Assembly: GCA_963676615.1 (NCBI GenBank) | Contig: OY781092.1 | Coordinates: forward strand, 512,001-576,000 | Length of the DNA: 64,000 bases | Reading direction: 5' to 3' | Source of the DNA: Candidatus Cloacimonadota bacterium | GTDB lineage: Bacteria > Cloacimonadota > Cloacimonadia > G963667145 | In this document: positions 49,265-58,847 of the stretch, piece after piece | How positions within the stretch are numbered: position 1 is the first letter of the stretch | Layout: every line of letters starts with the position of its first letter | Program-made: the position numbers and the translations under genes | The notes under the pieces: model-generated | What the model was told of the DNA's origin: nothing | The model's database searches: none | The model's input: the letters and a program-made list of their open reading frames with translations, nothing else

Positions 49265-49329
49265 TTGACAAATTGTTTCTTTGTTTAAGCATTTGGACAT
49301 ATTGTTAATTTGTGTTCACATAAATGAAC
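49265..49329 (+). promoter_or_regulatory. promoter (-35 TTGACA) with a downstream GTTCA-N6-TGAAC palindrome, candidate IclR operator
   Basis: TTGACA at 49265-49270; GTTCACATAAATGAAC at 49314-49329, upstream of the first gene of the cluster. Confidence 0.5.
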
Positions 49330-49411
49330 TGCTAAAACGAAATGTGACTCGCTGAATGGAGTTTTCCATATAAAGGGGTTTACTTCTCAAATAAAAATAA
49401 GGAGTAAAAAA

Positions 49412-50782
49412 ATGAAATTGGAACAACTATCTATCAATGAAGCACCCGTTATCAAAGTGGTGCCGCCAGGACCGAATTCACAAAAAATTTTGAAATTTCA
49501 AAACGAGAACGAAGGCTCGGCGGTTTCGTATTCAAAGGGAATGCCAATGAGTCTGAAAGAGGGCAAAGGTGCTACGCTCGTGGACGAAGACGATAATATC
49601 TATATTGATATGTTTTCAGGAGCGGGTGTAATGGCGCTGGGGCATTCTCATCCAGTGGTTTTGGAGGCAGCTCACAAGCAACTGGATAAAATAACTCACA
49701 CATTAGATATCCCAACAGTTGAGCGAGAGGAGTTGGTGGCGACGATCAAATCTTTGTTGCCAAACGAGTTAACGAGAGTTTTTTTTGGTGGACCAACAGG
49801 CAGTGACGCCGTGGAACAGGCTATCAAATTGGCAAAATACAATACTGGCAGAGACACTATTATTGCTTTTGAGGGAGCTTATCATGGTATGACAGGTATG
49901 GCTTTGGCGATGACTTGCGATTTGTCTCATCAAGGAGTTGGGTCCACGGTTCCTGGCGTTTCTTTCATCCCGTTTCCATATAATTATCGAAATCCGTTTG
50001 GTTGTCCAGACAAAGATGTCGACTTGCAGGCTGCTGAGAATTTGGAAAGAGTGCTAAGCGATAGTCACTCTGGCTACCCGAAACCGGCTGCCGTAATTTT
50101 GGAGTCTGTGCAAGGCGAAGGTGGCACGATAATTCCTACCACTCGTTTTATGAAAAGGGTTAGACAAATCTGCGACGAGCATAATGTTTTGATGATTTGT
50201 GACGAGATACAGTCTGGTTTGGGCAGAACAGGTAAGATGTTTGCTTTTGAGCATTTTGATGTTGTGCCAGATATTGTGACAATGAGCAAAGCACTGGGCG
50301 GCATTGGATTGCCTATTTCGGCGATCGCTTACAAAGAGAAATTGAACACTATGCCTGCGGGAAAATCTATCGGAACTTTTCGTGGAAATATGATTGCTTT
50401 TGCTGCTGGCAACGCCTCTTTGAACTGGATGAAAGAGGTGAATTTGTTGGATCATGTGAACCAAGCAGGGAAGATGGCTCTGGATAAACTGACCTCTTTT
50501 GCAAAAAAATCTGATATTGTTGGAGAGGTGCGAGGAATTGGCCTTATGATCGCCATTGAAATGGTGTCTGACAAGCAGTCTAAAAAGCCCGCTTCAACTT
50601 TGGGTAAATTGATACGAAAATACGCTCATCAGCGGGGCGTGATGATAGAGGTCGGTGGACATCACGGCAATGTAGCCAGGCTTTTGCCGCCCTTGGTTAT
50701 TACCAAAGATTTGCTAATGAAGGGAGTCGATATTTTGATAGAGGTTATCCAAGATATAGAGTCTGGGAAAATTAAAAAGTAA
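49412..50782 (+). CDS. class III PLP aminotransferase, diaminobutyrate--2-oxoglutarate transaminase (Dat/EctB type)
   Basis: GPTGSDAVE.AIKLA, YHGMT, ESVQGEGG, DEIQSGLGRTG, MSKALGG and GTFRGN motifs. Confidence 0.8.
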   Translation: MKLEQLSINEAPVIKVVPPGPNSQKILKFQNENEGSAVSYSKGMPMSLKEGKGATLVDEDDNIYIDMFSGAGVMALGHSHPVVLEAAHKQLDKITHTLDIPTVEREELVATIKSLLPNELTRVFFGGPTGSDAVEQAIKLAKYNTGRDTIIAFEGAYHGMTGMALAMTCDLSHQGVGSTVPGVSFIPFPYNYRNPFGCPDKDVDLQAAENLERVLSDSHSGYPKPAAVILESVQGEGGTIIPTTRFMKRVRQICDEHNVLMICDEIQSGLGRTGKMFAFEHFDVVPDIVTMSKALGGIGLPISAIAYKEKLNTMPAGKSIGTFRGNMIAFAAGNASLNWMKEVNLLDHVNQAGKMALDKLTSFAKKSDIVGEVRGIGLMIAIEMVSDKQSKKPASTLGKLIRKYAHQRGVMIEVGGHHGNVARLLPPLVITKDLLMKGVDILIEVIQDIESGKIKK

Positions 50783-50806
50783 TTTATTTTTAAGAGGGTG
50801 ATAGAT

Positions 50807-51829
50807 ATGAGTAAAAAAGATAAATATAATGTAACGGTGGTTGGAGCTTTGGGGATTGTGGGCACCGAGATGATCAAGACTTTGGAACGCAGAAATTTTC
50901 CTGTGGCGTCTTTTGTGCCAATGGATGTAAAAGCAAAAGAAGGGGAGAAGGTAAAGTTTAACGGCAAAGATTACGCTTGCGTGGAGGCAAACAAGAAAAA
51001 TTTTCAAGGCTTGGACATAGCTATTTTTTCTGCTGGAGGTGAAGCTAGTAGAGTTTTGGCTCCCATCGCAGCCAAAGAGGGAGTAGTAGTCGTGGATAAT
51101 AGTGCTCAGTGGAGAATGGATCCCGATTGCCCTTTGGTGGTGCCAGAGGTAAATCCTTACGATCTTGATTGGCACAAAAATATCATTGCAAATCCTAACT
51201 GCTCCACAATTCAGTTGATGGTGGTTCTCAAACCGTTGCACGATTACGCCAAGATTAAGAGGGTTGTGGTTTCCACCTATCAATCTGTTTCTGGCTCGGG
51301 AATTAAAGCTTTCAAAGGGTTGGAGCAAGAAAGTAGAGAGTATTTACAAAACAAAAAAATTGTCAAGCCGCTGGCTTATTCTAAACAAATTGCTTTTAAT
51401 TGCCTTGCTCACATCGATGTTTTTCAGGAGGGCGGCTACACCAAAGAAGAGTGGAAGATGGTCAACGAGACGAAAAAGATTTTGAACAAAGACATCAAAA
51501 CTTCTGCCACATGCGTGAGAGTGCCTGTTTGGTATGGACACAGCGAGTCTGTTAATATAGAGACAGAAAAAGAGATTTCGGTTCTCAAAGCAAGGGAGAT
51601 TTTGGCTGCCACAGAAAGTGTGCAGGTTATGGACGATCCTGATCGAGAGATTTACCCTACACCTTTGATGACTATCGACGAGGATGATACTTTTGTGGGC
51701 AGGATTCGCAAAGACCCAAGCATAGAAAAAGGACTCAATTTGTGGGTGGTTTCCAATAATATTCGCAAAGGAGCTGCCTTGAACTCTGTGCAAATAGCCG
51801 AAACTTTATTAAAAAGGAATTTAATCTGA
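50807..51829 (+). CDS. asd: aspartate-semialdehyde dehydrogenase (phosphorylating)
   Basis: VVGALGIVG, PLVVPEVN, ANPNCSTIQ, STYQSVSG, CVRVPV..GHSE and NIRKGAALN motifs. Confidence 0.95.
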   Translation: MSKKDKYNVTVVGALGIVGTEMIKTLERRNFPVASFVPMDVKAKEGEKVKFNGKDYACVEANKKNFQGLDIAIFSAGGEASRVLAPIAAKEGVVVVDNSAQWRMDPDCPLVVPEVNPYDLDWHKNIIANPNCSTIQLMVVLKPLHDYAKIKRVVVSTYQSVSGSGIKAFKGLEQESREYLQNKKIVKPLAYSKQIAFNCLAHIDVFQEGGYTKEEWKMVNETKKILNKDIKTSATCVRVPVWYGHSESVNIETEKEISVLKAREILAATESVQVMDDPDREIYPTPLMTIDEDDTFVGRIRKDPSIEKGLNLWVVSNNIRKGAALNSVQIAETLLKRNLI

Positions 51830-51830
51830 A

Positions 51831-53015
51831 ATGGACGAGATCGACAAACAAATAGCTTTGCTAGAGCAAGAGTTAATCGCGTTGCGGCGTGATTTTCACA
51901 AACATCCAGAGCTTGGATTTCAGGAGTTTGAAACGGCGGGAAAAATAGAAAACTATTTGCAGGAAATTGGTTTGCAGACACAAAGAGTAGCTTCCACAGG
52001 TGTGGTCGCTACTCTTTTTGGTGATAATGCAGGAAAAACTATCGGTTTGCGGGCGGATATGGACGCTTTGCCCATCGACGAAGAAACAAATTTTGAGTAT
52101 AGTTCGGTAAATCAAGGTGTAATGCACGCTTGTGGGCACGACGCTCATATGGCGATGCTTTTGGTAGCGGCAAAAATTTTGGCAAAGAGCAAAAGCGAGC
52201 TAGGTGGCAAAGTTAAGTTTATTTTTCAGCCCAACGAGGAGACGGCTGGTGCTCAAAAGATGATTGATGCAGGAGTTTTGCAGAATCCTCAAGTTGACGC
52301 TTGTGCTGCTGTGCATATTTGGTCGCTCTTGCCCAGCGGTGTAGTGGGTGTGAAATCTGGCGCCGTTATGTCTAATATGGATGTTTTTAAAATCAAGATA
52401 ATTGGCAAAGATGGACACACAGGCGCTCCAGAGCACGCAATCGACCCCATTATCGCCGCAGCGGATGTTATTTTGACTACGCAGTCGATTCAGACCAGAG
52501 TTTTGGGGGCGCTCAAACCAACGGTTATTATGTTTACTCAAGTCAAAGGTGGCTCGCTAAAAAACAATGTGATTCCCGAAAACGCTTATTTAGAGGGCAC
52601 TATCCGTTATTTGTTTCAACCAAAAGAGAACAAAAGTGACGACCCAGCAGAGCTTTTCCGTAAAAAAGTGCAGCAGATTTGCCAAACGCATCGATGTAAG
52701 GTGCAGATAGATATCGAAAGGGAAAACGAAGTGGTAGTAAACGACGGGGCTATGGTTGACTTGTCTCGGCAAGTTTTAGGAAAAATTGTCGGTAAAGAAA
52801 ATTTGGAGGATTACTCCTCAATGGCTAGCGAAGATTTTTCAGCTTTTGCCGATAATGTCCCTTCTGTTTTTGTCCATTTGGGTTGTAAAAACGAAAAAAA
52901 AGGTGCAAAGTTTGCGCATCATAATTCAAAATTTAATGTTGATGAGGAGGTAATGAAAAACGGAGTGAAATATTTTGTGGAGATGGCAAAGGAGTTTTTG
53001 AAAAACGAAAAATGA
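51831..53015 (+). CDS. M20D amidohydrolase, candidate N-acetyl-diaminobutyrate deacetylase
   Basis: HKHPELGFQE, LRADMDALP, MHACGHDAH, FQPNEE, SEDF and HHNSKF motifs; context inside an ectoine-utilisation cluster. Confidence 0.85.
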   Translation: MDEIDKQIALLEQELIALRRDFHKHPELGFQEFETAGKIENYLQEIGLQTQRVASTGVVATLFGDNAGKTIGLRADMDALPIDEETNFEYSSVNQGVMHACGHDAHMAMLLVAAKILAKSKSELGGKVKFIFQPNEETAGAQKMIDAGVLQNPQVDACAAVHIWSLLPSGVVGVKSGAVMSNMDVFKIKIIGKDGHTGAPEHAIDPIIAAADVILTTQSIQTRVLGALKPTVIMFTQVKGGSLKNNVIPENAYLEGTIRYLFQPKENKSDDPAELFRKKVQQICQTHRCKVQIDIERENEVVVNDGAMVDLSRQVLGKIVGKENLEDYSSMASEDFSAFADNVPSVFVHLGCKNEKKGAKFAHHNSKFNVDEEVMKNGVKYFVEMAKEFLKNEK

Positions 53016-53032
53016 AAAAAAAGGAGAGAAAA

Positions 53033-54076
53033 ATGAGCAAGAAATTTTTAGTATTAGCAGTTATTTTCGGACTTTCTATGACAGGATTGTATGGTTTTTG
53101 GGGAAGTTCAAAAATAGAGGCAAAGTTTGCTTCAGAAGAGATCGAAGGCGATTTTATGACAGTGTGGGCGAAAAATTTTGCCAAAAGTATGAAAAAGCAA
53201 ACTGACGGAGATATCGAAATCGTTGTTTATCCATACGGAACTATCGGGGACAATAGGGACATAAACGAGCTTTGTCAAATGGGCGTGGCTAAGTTTGTTT
53301 TCTCCGATTATGCTTGGATCAGCGCTTTTGTTCCGCAGGCTCAGGTGCTTTGCCTGAACTACATTTGGCCAAAAGAGAAAACTGTGGAAGTTATCGATTG
53401 GGTAACTCGCAATGGCAAATTTTTCCCGATGTTGGAAGAGAAATTTAAGGAGAAAGGATTGTTTCCGTTTGCTTTGATGTTTGAAGGTTGGCAATGGGTG
53501 ACATCCAAAAAGCCTGCCAATACAGTTAGCAAAATTCAAGGAATGAAAACTCGGGTTATGGGATCCAAACTTTTGGTGGAAAATTTGCTTGCTTATGGAA
53601 TGACCTCCACGCCGATGCCTTATGGCGAGATTTATAGTGGTTTGCAAACAGGGCTTTTGGACGCCCAGATTAATCCGATGTTCGCCGATTATAGTATGAA
53701 ATTTTACGAAGTCACTGACTATTTTACCCAATTTTGGGCTGAAGTGTTTGTGAGTATTCCCACAGTCAATTTAGATTTTTATAACTCTTTGAGCGACGAG
53801 CAGCAAAAAATGATGAAAGATTTTTGGGTTGATGCGATCATTCCTGCGGGAAAATGGATAACCAAAAGAAACGCCGACGATAAAGCTAAAATTGCCAAAG
53901 AACGACCAAAAATCAAGTTTTATGAGTATAATAATAAGCAAATCAAAAAGATGAAAAGTAAAGCTAGAAATGTTTTCAAAGAGTTTGGAAAAGTTGGTGG
54001 AAAAGATGCAGATATTATGCTAAAAGCGCTGTTGAAAGATATTGAAGATGCAAAAAAAGCTTTGGGCGTAAAATAA
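53033..54076 (+). CDS. TRAP transporter substrate-binding protein DctP, TeaA/UehA (ectoine)-like
   Basis: signal peptide; EEIEGD, MFEG, KTRVM and TPMPYGEIYSGLQTGLLDAQINP resemble ectoine-binding TeaA. Confidence 0.8.
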   Translation: MSKKFLVLAVIFGLSMTGLYGFWGSSKIEAKFASEEIEGDFMTVWAKNFAKSMKKQTDGDIEIVVYPYGTIGDNRDINELCQMGVAKFVFSDYAWISAFVPQAQVLCLNYIWPKEKTVEVIDWVTRNGKFFPMLEEKFKEKGLFPFALMFEGWQWVTSKKPANTVSKIQGMKTRVMGSKLLVENLLAYGMTSTPMPYGEIYSGLQTGLLDAQINPMFADYSMKFYEVTDYFTQFWAEVFVSIPTVNLDFYNSLSDEQQKMMKDFWVDAIIPAGKWITKRNADDKAKIAKERPKIKFYEYNNKQIKKMKSKARNVFKEFGKVGGKDADIMLKALLKDIEDAKKALGVK

Positions 54077-54155
54077 AAAGGTAGTGAGTTTATACGCAGC
54101 CTTCTTCTGAAAAAGTGGGCTGTGTAGCTCCTGCCAGCAAGTTAGGGGGGTTATT

Positions 54156-54692
54156 ATGGAGAAACAAGGCATGTTTGTTAGATGCTTGAATATGTTTGAG
54201 ACCGTCAGCATCGTTACTTGTGTCTTCGCACTTTTTATTATGCTCATTGTAAATGTGATCGCGCGAACTTTTTTCACCAGCCTTTATTTCGCTGAGGAAG
54301 TAAGTGAATTTTTGACTATCTTCATAACTTTTGTGGGGGTTAGCTACGCCGCGCGAAAAGGGCGACACATTAGGATGGGGGCGATCATCGATACGGTTCC
54401 CAAAAAAGTGGAAAAGATTTTTGTTTACTTTATTTGCGTTGTCAGCGCTGCCACAATGTTTGCCATGGCGTATTACTCTTTTGATTATGCGTTCAAAGTT
54501 TTTACCAGAGCCCAGTCCAGTTCAGCTCTGAGGCTACCTTTTTGGATTTTTGTAGCGATTATTCCGTTGGGTTTTTTTTCGGCAGGAATACAGTATACCC
54601 TGACATTTTTCAAAAATATTCGTGAAAAGGGAGACGATGTTTGGATCTCACCAGAGGTTACATCGGAGTATTCGGACGAAGTGGAGTATTAA
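54156..54692 (+). CDS. TRAP transporter small permease DctQ (TeaB-like)
   Basis: 4 TM helices; NVIAR, FAEEVS and YAARKGRHIRM motifs. Confidence 0.88.
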   Translation: MEKQGMFVRCLNMFETVSIVTCVFALFIMLIVNVIARTFFTSLYFAEEVSEFLTIFITFVGVSYAARKGRHIRMGAIIDTVPKKVEKIFVYFICVVSAATMFAMAYYSFDYAFKVFTRAQSSSALRLPFWIFVAIIPLGFFSAGIQYTLTFFKNIREKGDDVWISPEVTSEYSDEVEY

Positions 54693-54703
54693 AAGGGGGT
54701 TTT

Positions 54704-55984
54704 ATGAGTTTATTATGGATAAGTATGATTGTGATGCTGTTTATGGCGGTTCCTTTTATGGTGGTGATTTTGGGCTCGATTTTGGGATTTGTAGGAATAA
54801 ATATGCCTGGACTTTCACCTACGATCTTTGTCCAGCAGGTGATAACTGGCTTGACACCGCAAGCGTTGGTGTGCGTGCCTATGTTTATTTTAGGAGCGAA
54901 TATAATTACTTCTGGGCAAGCCTCAAAACGGCTGATTAATATGATTAAAGCTCTTGTAGGTCATCTGCCGGGAGGACTTGCCATAACAACAAACGCCAGC
55001 TGCACAATGTTTGGAGCGGTTTCTGGCTCTACACAAGCTACAGTGGCAGCAATCGGCGGCACTATGCGCCCGATGCTTCTCAAAGCTGGCTATTCCAGCC
55101 CTTTTACTTTGGGGCTTATCATCAACTCCAGCGATATAGCTTTTTTGATACCGCCAAGCATCGGTTTCATCGTTTACGGAGTCGTGACAAGCACTTCGGT
55201 GGGCAAGCTTTTTTTAGCAGGGATAATTCCTGGAATTTTGATTTTTCTTTTGTTTTCAGTCTACTGCTTTTTTTATTCCAAAAAAAAACAGGTGGGAATG
55301 TTGCCCAAAGCCACTTGGCAAGAAAAAAAACAAGCTTTTAGGGATGGCTACCCAGTTTTGGGGTTTCCGTTAATAATTGTTGGCGGAATTTACGCAGGGC
55401 TATTTAGCCCAACCGAAGCTGCTGCAGTGGCAGTGCTTTACGCTATTTTTTTGGAAGGCTTGCTGTTTAAAACCTTGACTTTTAGAAAGTTGATAAGTAT
55501 CGCTATGGACACTGGGGTGATAACAGCGGTTGTGTTTATTTTGGTTGGCGCTGGACAAGCTTTTTCGTGGTTGGTTAGTTTTTTGCGCTTGCCGCAAGAG
55601 TTTATGCCGCTGATAATGGGGCAAGACGCCTCTCAGCTCAAAGTGATTTTGGTGGTGGTTGTTTCGTATTTCATAGCGTGTATGTTTGTGGATCCTATCG
55701 TGGCGATATATGTGCTGTCTCCAATATTTTCTCCTTATGTCGCTTCCACGGGGATTGATCCAATTTTTTTGGGAACTCTAATCACTTTGCAAGCAGCCAT
55801 TGGCTCTGCCACTCCGCCTTTTGGATGCGATATTTTTACCGCACAGTTAATATTTAAACGACCGTATTTGGAGGTGATAAAGGAGACGCCGCCTTTTATT
55901 TTGATTTTACTTTTTATCACGATTTTGATTATTGTTTTTCCCGAAATTGCCACTTTTTTGCCAAATATGTCGTTAGCAGGCTAG
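54704..55984 (+). CDS. TRAP transporter large permease DctM (TeaC-like)
   Basis: VPMFIL, FGAVSGSTQAT, IAFLIPPSI, FSPTEAAA and TPPFGCDIFTA motifs. Confidence 0.9.
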   Translation: MSLLWISMIVMLFMAVPFMVVILGSILGFVGINMPGLSPTIFVQQVITGLTPQALVCVPMFILGANIITSGQASKRLINMIKALVGHLPGGLAITTNASCTMFGAVSGSTQATVAAIGGTMRPMLLKAGYSSPFTLGLIINSSDIAFLIPPSIGFIVYGVVTSTSVGKLFLAGIIPGILIFLLFSVYCFFYSKKKQVGMLPKATWQEKKQAFRDGYPVLGFPLIIVGGIYAGLFSPTEAAAVAVLYAIFLEGLLFKTLTFRKLISIAMDTGVITAVVFILVGAGQAFSWLVSFLRLPQEFMPLIMGQDASQLKVILVVVVSYFIACMFVDPIVAIYVLSPIFSPYVASTGIDPIFLGTLITLQAAIGSATPPFGCDIFTAQLIFKRPYLEVIKETPPFILILLFITILIIVFPEIATFLPNMSLAG

Positions 55985-56022
55985 GCTGGCCAAGAGGTTA
56001 TTAAAATTACGAAGGAGGAGAT

Positions 56023-57192
56023 GTGCTACTTTTTGATAGGAGTGAGTTTGATGTTAGGGTAAAAAAAACCAAAGAGAGTATGATTGAAAAAGGGATAGAT
56101 CTTTTGATAGTTTCTCATCCAGCCAATATGAACTATCTAACTGGCTACGACGGATGGAGTTTTTATGTCCATCAGTGCGTTTTTGTGAGCTTAGACTCAA
56201 AAGAGCCGCTCTGGATAGGTCGAGGAATGGACGCCAACGGAGCAAAGATGACCACCTATCTTCAAGAAGAAAATATTTTTCAATATGCGGACGAGTATGT
56301 CCACTCTTTGAGTTGCCACCCGCTAGATTTTGTCGCCGATATTATCAAATCAAAAGGTTGGCAAAAAAAGCGGATTGGTGTAGAATCTGATCAATTTTTT
56401 TTCACTTATAAATCTTTTCAAGTGTTGCAAAAAAACTTGCCAGAAGCCGTTTTTGTGGACGCCAACATTTTGGTGAACTGGGTTAGAGTCATAAAATCGG
56501 AAGCGGAAATCAAGTTTATGAAGATAGCAGGGAAAATCGCTGAGAAAGTGATGAACACCGCTGTGAAAAACATAAAAGTTGGTGCTCGAGAGTGTGATGT
56601 GGCAGCCAAAATTGTAGAAGCGCAGTATGAAGGTGTGGGAGAGTTTGCTGGAGATTATCCTGCGATCGTTCCGCTGATGATGAGTGGAGAGGCTATTAAA
56701 ACGCCGCATCTAACTTGGACAGAAGCAAAATATCAGCCCAACCAGCCGGTGCTTTTGGAGCTTTGCGGCGTCTACAGGCACTACCATTGTCCGATAGCCA
56801 GAACGATATTTCTTGGACAAAAGATGCCGCCAAAAATGGAAAAAACTTCGCAAGTAGTAAAAGATGGTTTGCAAATCACTTTGAACAGTATCAAGCCAGG
56901 AATGAGCGTTGAGTCGATTGAAAAGATTTGGCGAGATTACATCGCGCGTCACGGAGTTGAAAAAAAAGCAAGATTGGGCTACTCCATTGGTGTTAATTAT
57001 CCGCCAGATTGGGGCGAGCAAACTATCAGCGTTCGCGAAGGTGAAAAAACCCTAGTGCAACAAAATATGACTTTGCATTTAATCCCAGGTATTTGGCAAA
57101 AGGATGTGGGGTATGAGCTGGACGCCAGCATTCGAGTAACCGAAGACGGCATCGAACATCTTTTCAACTATCCGTTCGATACAGGCAAATAA
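56023..57192 (+). CDS. doeA: ectoine hydrolase (M24 family, DoeA/EutD)
   Basis: ANMNYLTGYDGWSFYVHQC, GRGMDANGA, GDYPAIVPL, PHLTW and GYSIGVNYPPDWGE motifs characteristic of EutD/DoeA. Confidence 0.88.
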   Translation: MLLFDRSEFDVRVKKTKESMIEKGIDLLIVSHPANMNYLTGYDGWSFYVHQCVFVSLDSKEPLWIGRGMDANGAKMTTYLQEENIFQYADEYVHSLSCHPLDFVADIIKSKGWQKKRIGVESDQFFFTYKSFQVLQKNLPEAVFVDANILVNWVRVIKSEAEIKFMKIAGKIAEKVMNTAVKNIKVGARECDVAAKIVEAQYEGVGEFAGDYPAIVPLMMSGEAIKTPHLTWTEAKYQPNQPVLLELCGVYRHYHCPIARTIFLGQKMPPKMEKTSQVVKDGLQITLNSIKPGMSVESIEKIWRDYIARHGVEKKARLGYSIGVNYPPDWGEQTISVREGEKTLVQQNMTLHLIPGIWQKDVGYELDASIRVTEDGIEHLFNYPFDTGK

Positions 57193-57225
57193 GGAAATTC
57201 TGCTTTATAATAGCAGGGGGACGAT

Positions 57226-57954
57226 TTGATTTATCTAGCCAAAAAAGGACAAACCAGTTATGGGGAAGATATCGGGATTCTTCTTTTGGACACTTTTTGC
57301 CCGTTTATTCCTGGAGATGTGGGCAACGCCAGCAGCTATGATTATCCTGTTCGCTTCAAAAAAGTTGCTGGTCTGAGTGTTGAAAAAATATTGAGCTTGG
57401 ACAAAAGTTATTTGCCTGCTGTGATCAATTCTGCCAAAGAGCTTGAGCAGGAGGGGGTTCAGGCGATTACTAGTGATTGTGGATTTATGGCTATTTTCCA
57501 AAACGAGCTCAAAAAACATTTGCGCGTACCTGTGTTCCTTTCTAGCTTGCTTCAGATTCCTATGATCACCTCGTTGATTAAAAGTGACGCTAAGTTGGGG
57601 ATTATCACAGCAGATTCGCAAGCTCTGATAGACCAAGTGTTTGCAAAAATTGGGCTAAAAAAAGCAGACAATTTGATTATCCGAGGGCTAGAAAACTCTT
57701 CTGCTTTTGTTCGAACTGTTATGCAAGAGTCTGGATTTTTAGACGAAGTGGCTATCAAAAAAGAGGTGGTGCAAGTGGCAAAAAGACTTCAGACTGACGA
57801 ACGAAAATTGGGGGCGATCCTATTGGAATGCAGTATGTTGCCTCCTTATGGTTTGGCTGTGCAGCAGGAAACGAATCTGCCTGTTTTCGATTTTCTTACT
57901 ATGGTAAATTATGTTCACTCCAGTTTGAGTAAGAAAAATTTTGGGGAGCAATAG
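57226..57954 (+). CDS. aspartate/glutamate racemase superfamily protein
   Basis: IGILLLD..PFIPGDVGNA, ITSDCGF and LECSMLPPY (two catalytic-type Cys). Confidence 0.8.
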   Translation: MIYLAKKGQTSYGEDIGILLLDTFCPFIPGDVGNASSYDYPVRFKKVAGLSVEKILSLDKSYLPAVINSAKELEQEGVQAITSDCGFMAIFQNELKKHLRVPVFLSSLLQIPMITSLIKSDAKLGIITADSQALIDQVFAKIGLKKADNLIIRGLENSSAFVRTVMQESGFLDEVAIKKEVVQVAKRLQTDERKLGAILLECSMLPPYGLAVQQETNLPVFDFLTMVNYVHSSLSKKNFGEQ

Positions 57955-58064
57955 AAACGATTTTTTTTGCTAAAAGCGGCAAATTTTGTAGTTAATATTT
58001 GTTGACAAAATTTTGCGATTTTACGGATTACTCAAAGCTAAATTTAGTTAAGAAAGGTAAGATT

Positions 58065-58823
58065 ATGGCTAAATATAATGTGTCTTCCTCTGTGGGAAAG
58101 GCTTTTCGCCTTTTGGAGTGTATAGTTGTGAATCAGCCGATCACGGCACCAGAGATTTCTAGAAAGCTCGGATTTAACAAAACGAACACTTACAGATTGC
58201 TAACTGCTTTGTGTGATATAGGTTACATTTATAAAAAGGAAAAAGGTTACAATATAACTTTCAAACTTTTGTCGCTGGGCAATATCGCTCCAGCAACCAA
58301 AACTATCAAGAGTGTGGCAAAGCCCGAGATGGAAAAACTTATGAACATTGTTCATGAAAATACTTATCTGACAGCGCTGATGGACGATAAAATTTTCGTC
58401 ATCAATAGTTTCAAGTTTCCTGAACACCATTTGATGCTTAATCCAGAGAAAACGACCGTTTTTCCTATTTACTCTTGTTCTTCAGGAAAGATGTTTTTGG
58501 CTCATATGCCGCCAAAAATGCGAAAAGAACTGCTTGACAAAATTGAGTTTGTTCAGTTGACAAAAACTACTTTGACCGATATTGAGGCTTTAGATAAGGA
58601 GTTGGAAAAGTGTAAAAAGCAAGGCTATGCGGTTGAAAATAGAGAGTTTGCTGATGAGCTAATTTCCATCTGTGCGCCAATTTTTGGTTTGGACGACGAG
58701 GTTTTGGCTTGTTTGTCAATATCAGGACCAAGCATTCGCATAACTCCAGACAAGATAGACGAGTATATTCCAAAAGTGGTGGAAGCTGCCCAGAAGGTAA
58801 CCAAGCAGCTTCGAAAACATTAA
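58065..58823 (+). CDS. IclR family transcriptional regulator
   Basis: SSVGKAFRLLE HTH, SSGKMFLA, QGYAVENRE, ICAPIF and LSISGPSIR motifs. Confidence 0.93.
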   Translation: MAKYNVSSSVGKAFRLLECIVVNQPITAPEISRKLGFNKTNTYRLLTALCDIGYIYKKEKGYNITFKLLSLGNIAPATKTIKSVAKPEMEKLMNIVHENTYLTALMDDKIFVINSFKFPEHHLMLNPEKTTVFPIYSCSSGKMFLAHMPPKMRKELLDKIEFVQLTKTTLTDIEALDKELEKCKKQGYAVENREFADELISICAPIFGLDDEVLACLSISGPSIRITPDKIDEYIPKVVEAAQKVTKQLRKH

Positions 58824-58847
58824 AGTAAAGAGGAAAAGGAAGAAAAA

